NCBI GenBank assembly: GCA_964507075.1
Contig: CAZDOL010000002.1
Span: 47,465-72,224, forward strand
From: an uncultured Gammaproteobacteria bacterium
GTDB taxonomy: Bacteria > Patescibacteriota > Patescibacteriia > UBA2591 > UBA6264
Direction: 5' to 3'
DNA length: 24,760 nucleotides
Position 1 is the first letter of the stretch; every line of letters starts with the position of its first letter. Both the position numbers and the translations under genes were made by a program. Shown here piece by piece: positions 24,069 through 24,760 of the stretch. The notes beneath the pieces are model-generated. The model was not told the origin of the DNA. It saw only the letters and a list, made by a program, of their open reading frames with translations, and made no database searches.

Positions 24069-24103
24069 GGCTCTATAGAGCCCCAAAACCAGGTCCGACC
24101 TGG
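24069..24103 (+). other. Two adjacent GC-rich hairpins just after the giant gene's stop, with no T-run
   Basis: GGCTCTATAGAGCC (24069-24082, a perfect palindrome) and CCAGGT-CCG-ACCTGG (24089-24103). Confidence 0.5.
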
Positions 24104-24132
24104 ACAAGGATAAATAGTAATTAAATATAATA

Positions 24133-24760
24133 GTGAAGGATTTATTTAAGAAAATTAAACTAAGATACCATATAAAGTTGCTACGCTCCCAAGGGCCAAG
24201 CAGGAAATTTATTTTTCTTCCTCTTTTGGTTTTGGTGTTAATAGGAGTATTTTTAATTGCTGAACCTGCTTTAGCTGACGTTGGATCTTTTGTGGCTTCT
24301 GTTTTTGGTTGGTTAATAATGCAGATAGTTAGTATTTTGGGTAAAATTTTGACTTGGATTATAGGATTATTAATAGAAATAGCGCAATATAATAGTTTTA
24401 TCACTGCTCCAGCTGTTTCTAAGGGATGGATAATTGTTAGAGACGTTTGTAATATGTTTTTTATTGCCGCTCTTTTGCTTATTGCTTTTGGTACAGTTTT
24501 AAAAATAGAAAAATATTCTTATAAAAGAACTTTGGGCGGACTTTTAGTGGCTGCAGTTTTGATTAATTTTTCTAAATTCATCTGCGGTTTTTTTATTGAT
24601 ATCGCTCAGATATTGATGCTTACTTTTGTTAATGCATTTAAAGATGCTGGATCTGGCAATTTTTTGCAAATGTTAGGCATGGATAAATGGCTTAATTTTT
24701 CTGGAGCGCAATCAGCAGCAGGTGGTAGCGCTCTTACGGGAGCTCTTTTCGCTCTAATTT
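24133..24760 (+). CDS. Partial (3'-truncated by the window) polytopic membrane protein with a signal peptide; possibly VirB6/TrbL-like
   Basis: Hand translation of the frame opening after the TAA at 24118-24120 gives the following: (GTG 24133 or TTG 24178)...RKFIFLPLLVLVLIGVFLIAEPALADVGSFVASVFGWLIMQIVSILGKILTWIIGLLIEIAQYNSFITAPAVSKGWIIVRDVCNMFFIAALLLIAFGTVLK...LLVAAVLINFSKFICGFFIDIAQILMLTF... It remains open to the window end and has several TM helices. It is absent from the ORF track, probably because no stop codon is present. The family assignment is tentative. Confidence 0.6.
   Translation, partial: MKDLFKKIKLRYHIKLLRSQGPSRKFIFLPLLVLVLIGVFLIAEPALADVGSFVASVFGWLIMQIVSILGKILTWIIGLLIEIAQYNSFITAPAVSKGWIIVRDVCNMFFIAALLLIAFGTVLKIEKYSYKRTLGGLLVAAVLINFSKFICGFFIDIAQILMLTFVNAFKDAGSGNFLQMLGMDKWLNFSGAQSAAGGSALTGALFALI

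Noticed and set aside
23811-24404. Minus-strand 197-aa ORF spanning the giant-gene 3' end and the next gene's 5' end
   Set aside because: It overlaps two better-supported plus-strand coding regions. The plus-strand frame from 24133 gives a clean signal peptide plus TM helices, whereas this ORF is low-complexity.
1-24760. Alternative genetic code (UGA recoding, as in some CPR lineages)
   Set aside because: Long ORFs close cleanly under the standard code. TGA is used as a genuine stop, for example in the ATGA overlap at 7041-7044.

Overview
AT-rich, tightly packed bacterial chromosome segment read with the standard code (TGA, TAA and TAG all act as stops). Gene content suggests a CPR/Patescibacteria-like organism, which is an inference. 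Recognisable housekeeping genes are yebC, ruvC, leuS and rsmA/ksgA. They are interleaved with cell-surface genes. These are a lipoprotein-type ABC solute-binding protein and an array of five TrbC/VirB2-like (T4SS-type) pilin paralogs at 1585-4458. One paralog carries a 16-Cys N-terminal module, and the array is split by a small GIY-YIG nuclease cassette bracketed by nested G5/C5 palindromes. Further on are a three-gene minus-strand envelope operon (GT2, LtaS/sulfatase-like, GT-C-like), a LysM-LysM-CHAP peptidoglycan hydrolase, and a plus-strand module at 14944-24760. That module comprises an acidic Ca-binding-type anchored protein, a 2800-aa secreted protein with about 110 Cys, and a partial polytopic membrane protein. 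The pilin array plus the giant-protein module are the best candidate for an uncharacterised surface or host-contact apparatus. Separately, two families of 8-bp-period tandem repeats (GAACATTR and CYAATTAC-like) sit exactly on gene boundaries. They supply one start codon, lengthen two ORF ends, and lie in-frame inside rsmA. No rRNA, tRNA or CRISPR array was seen.
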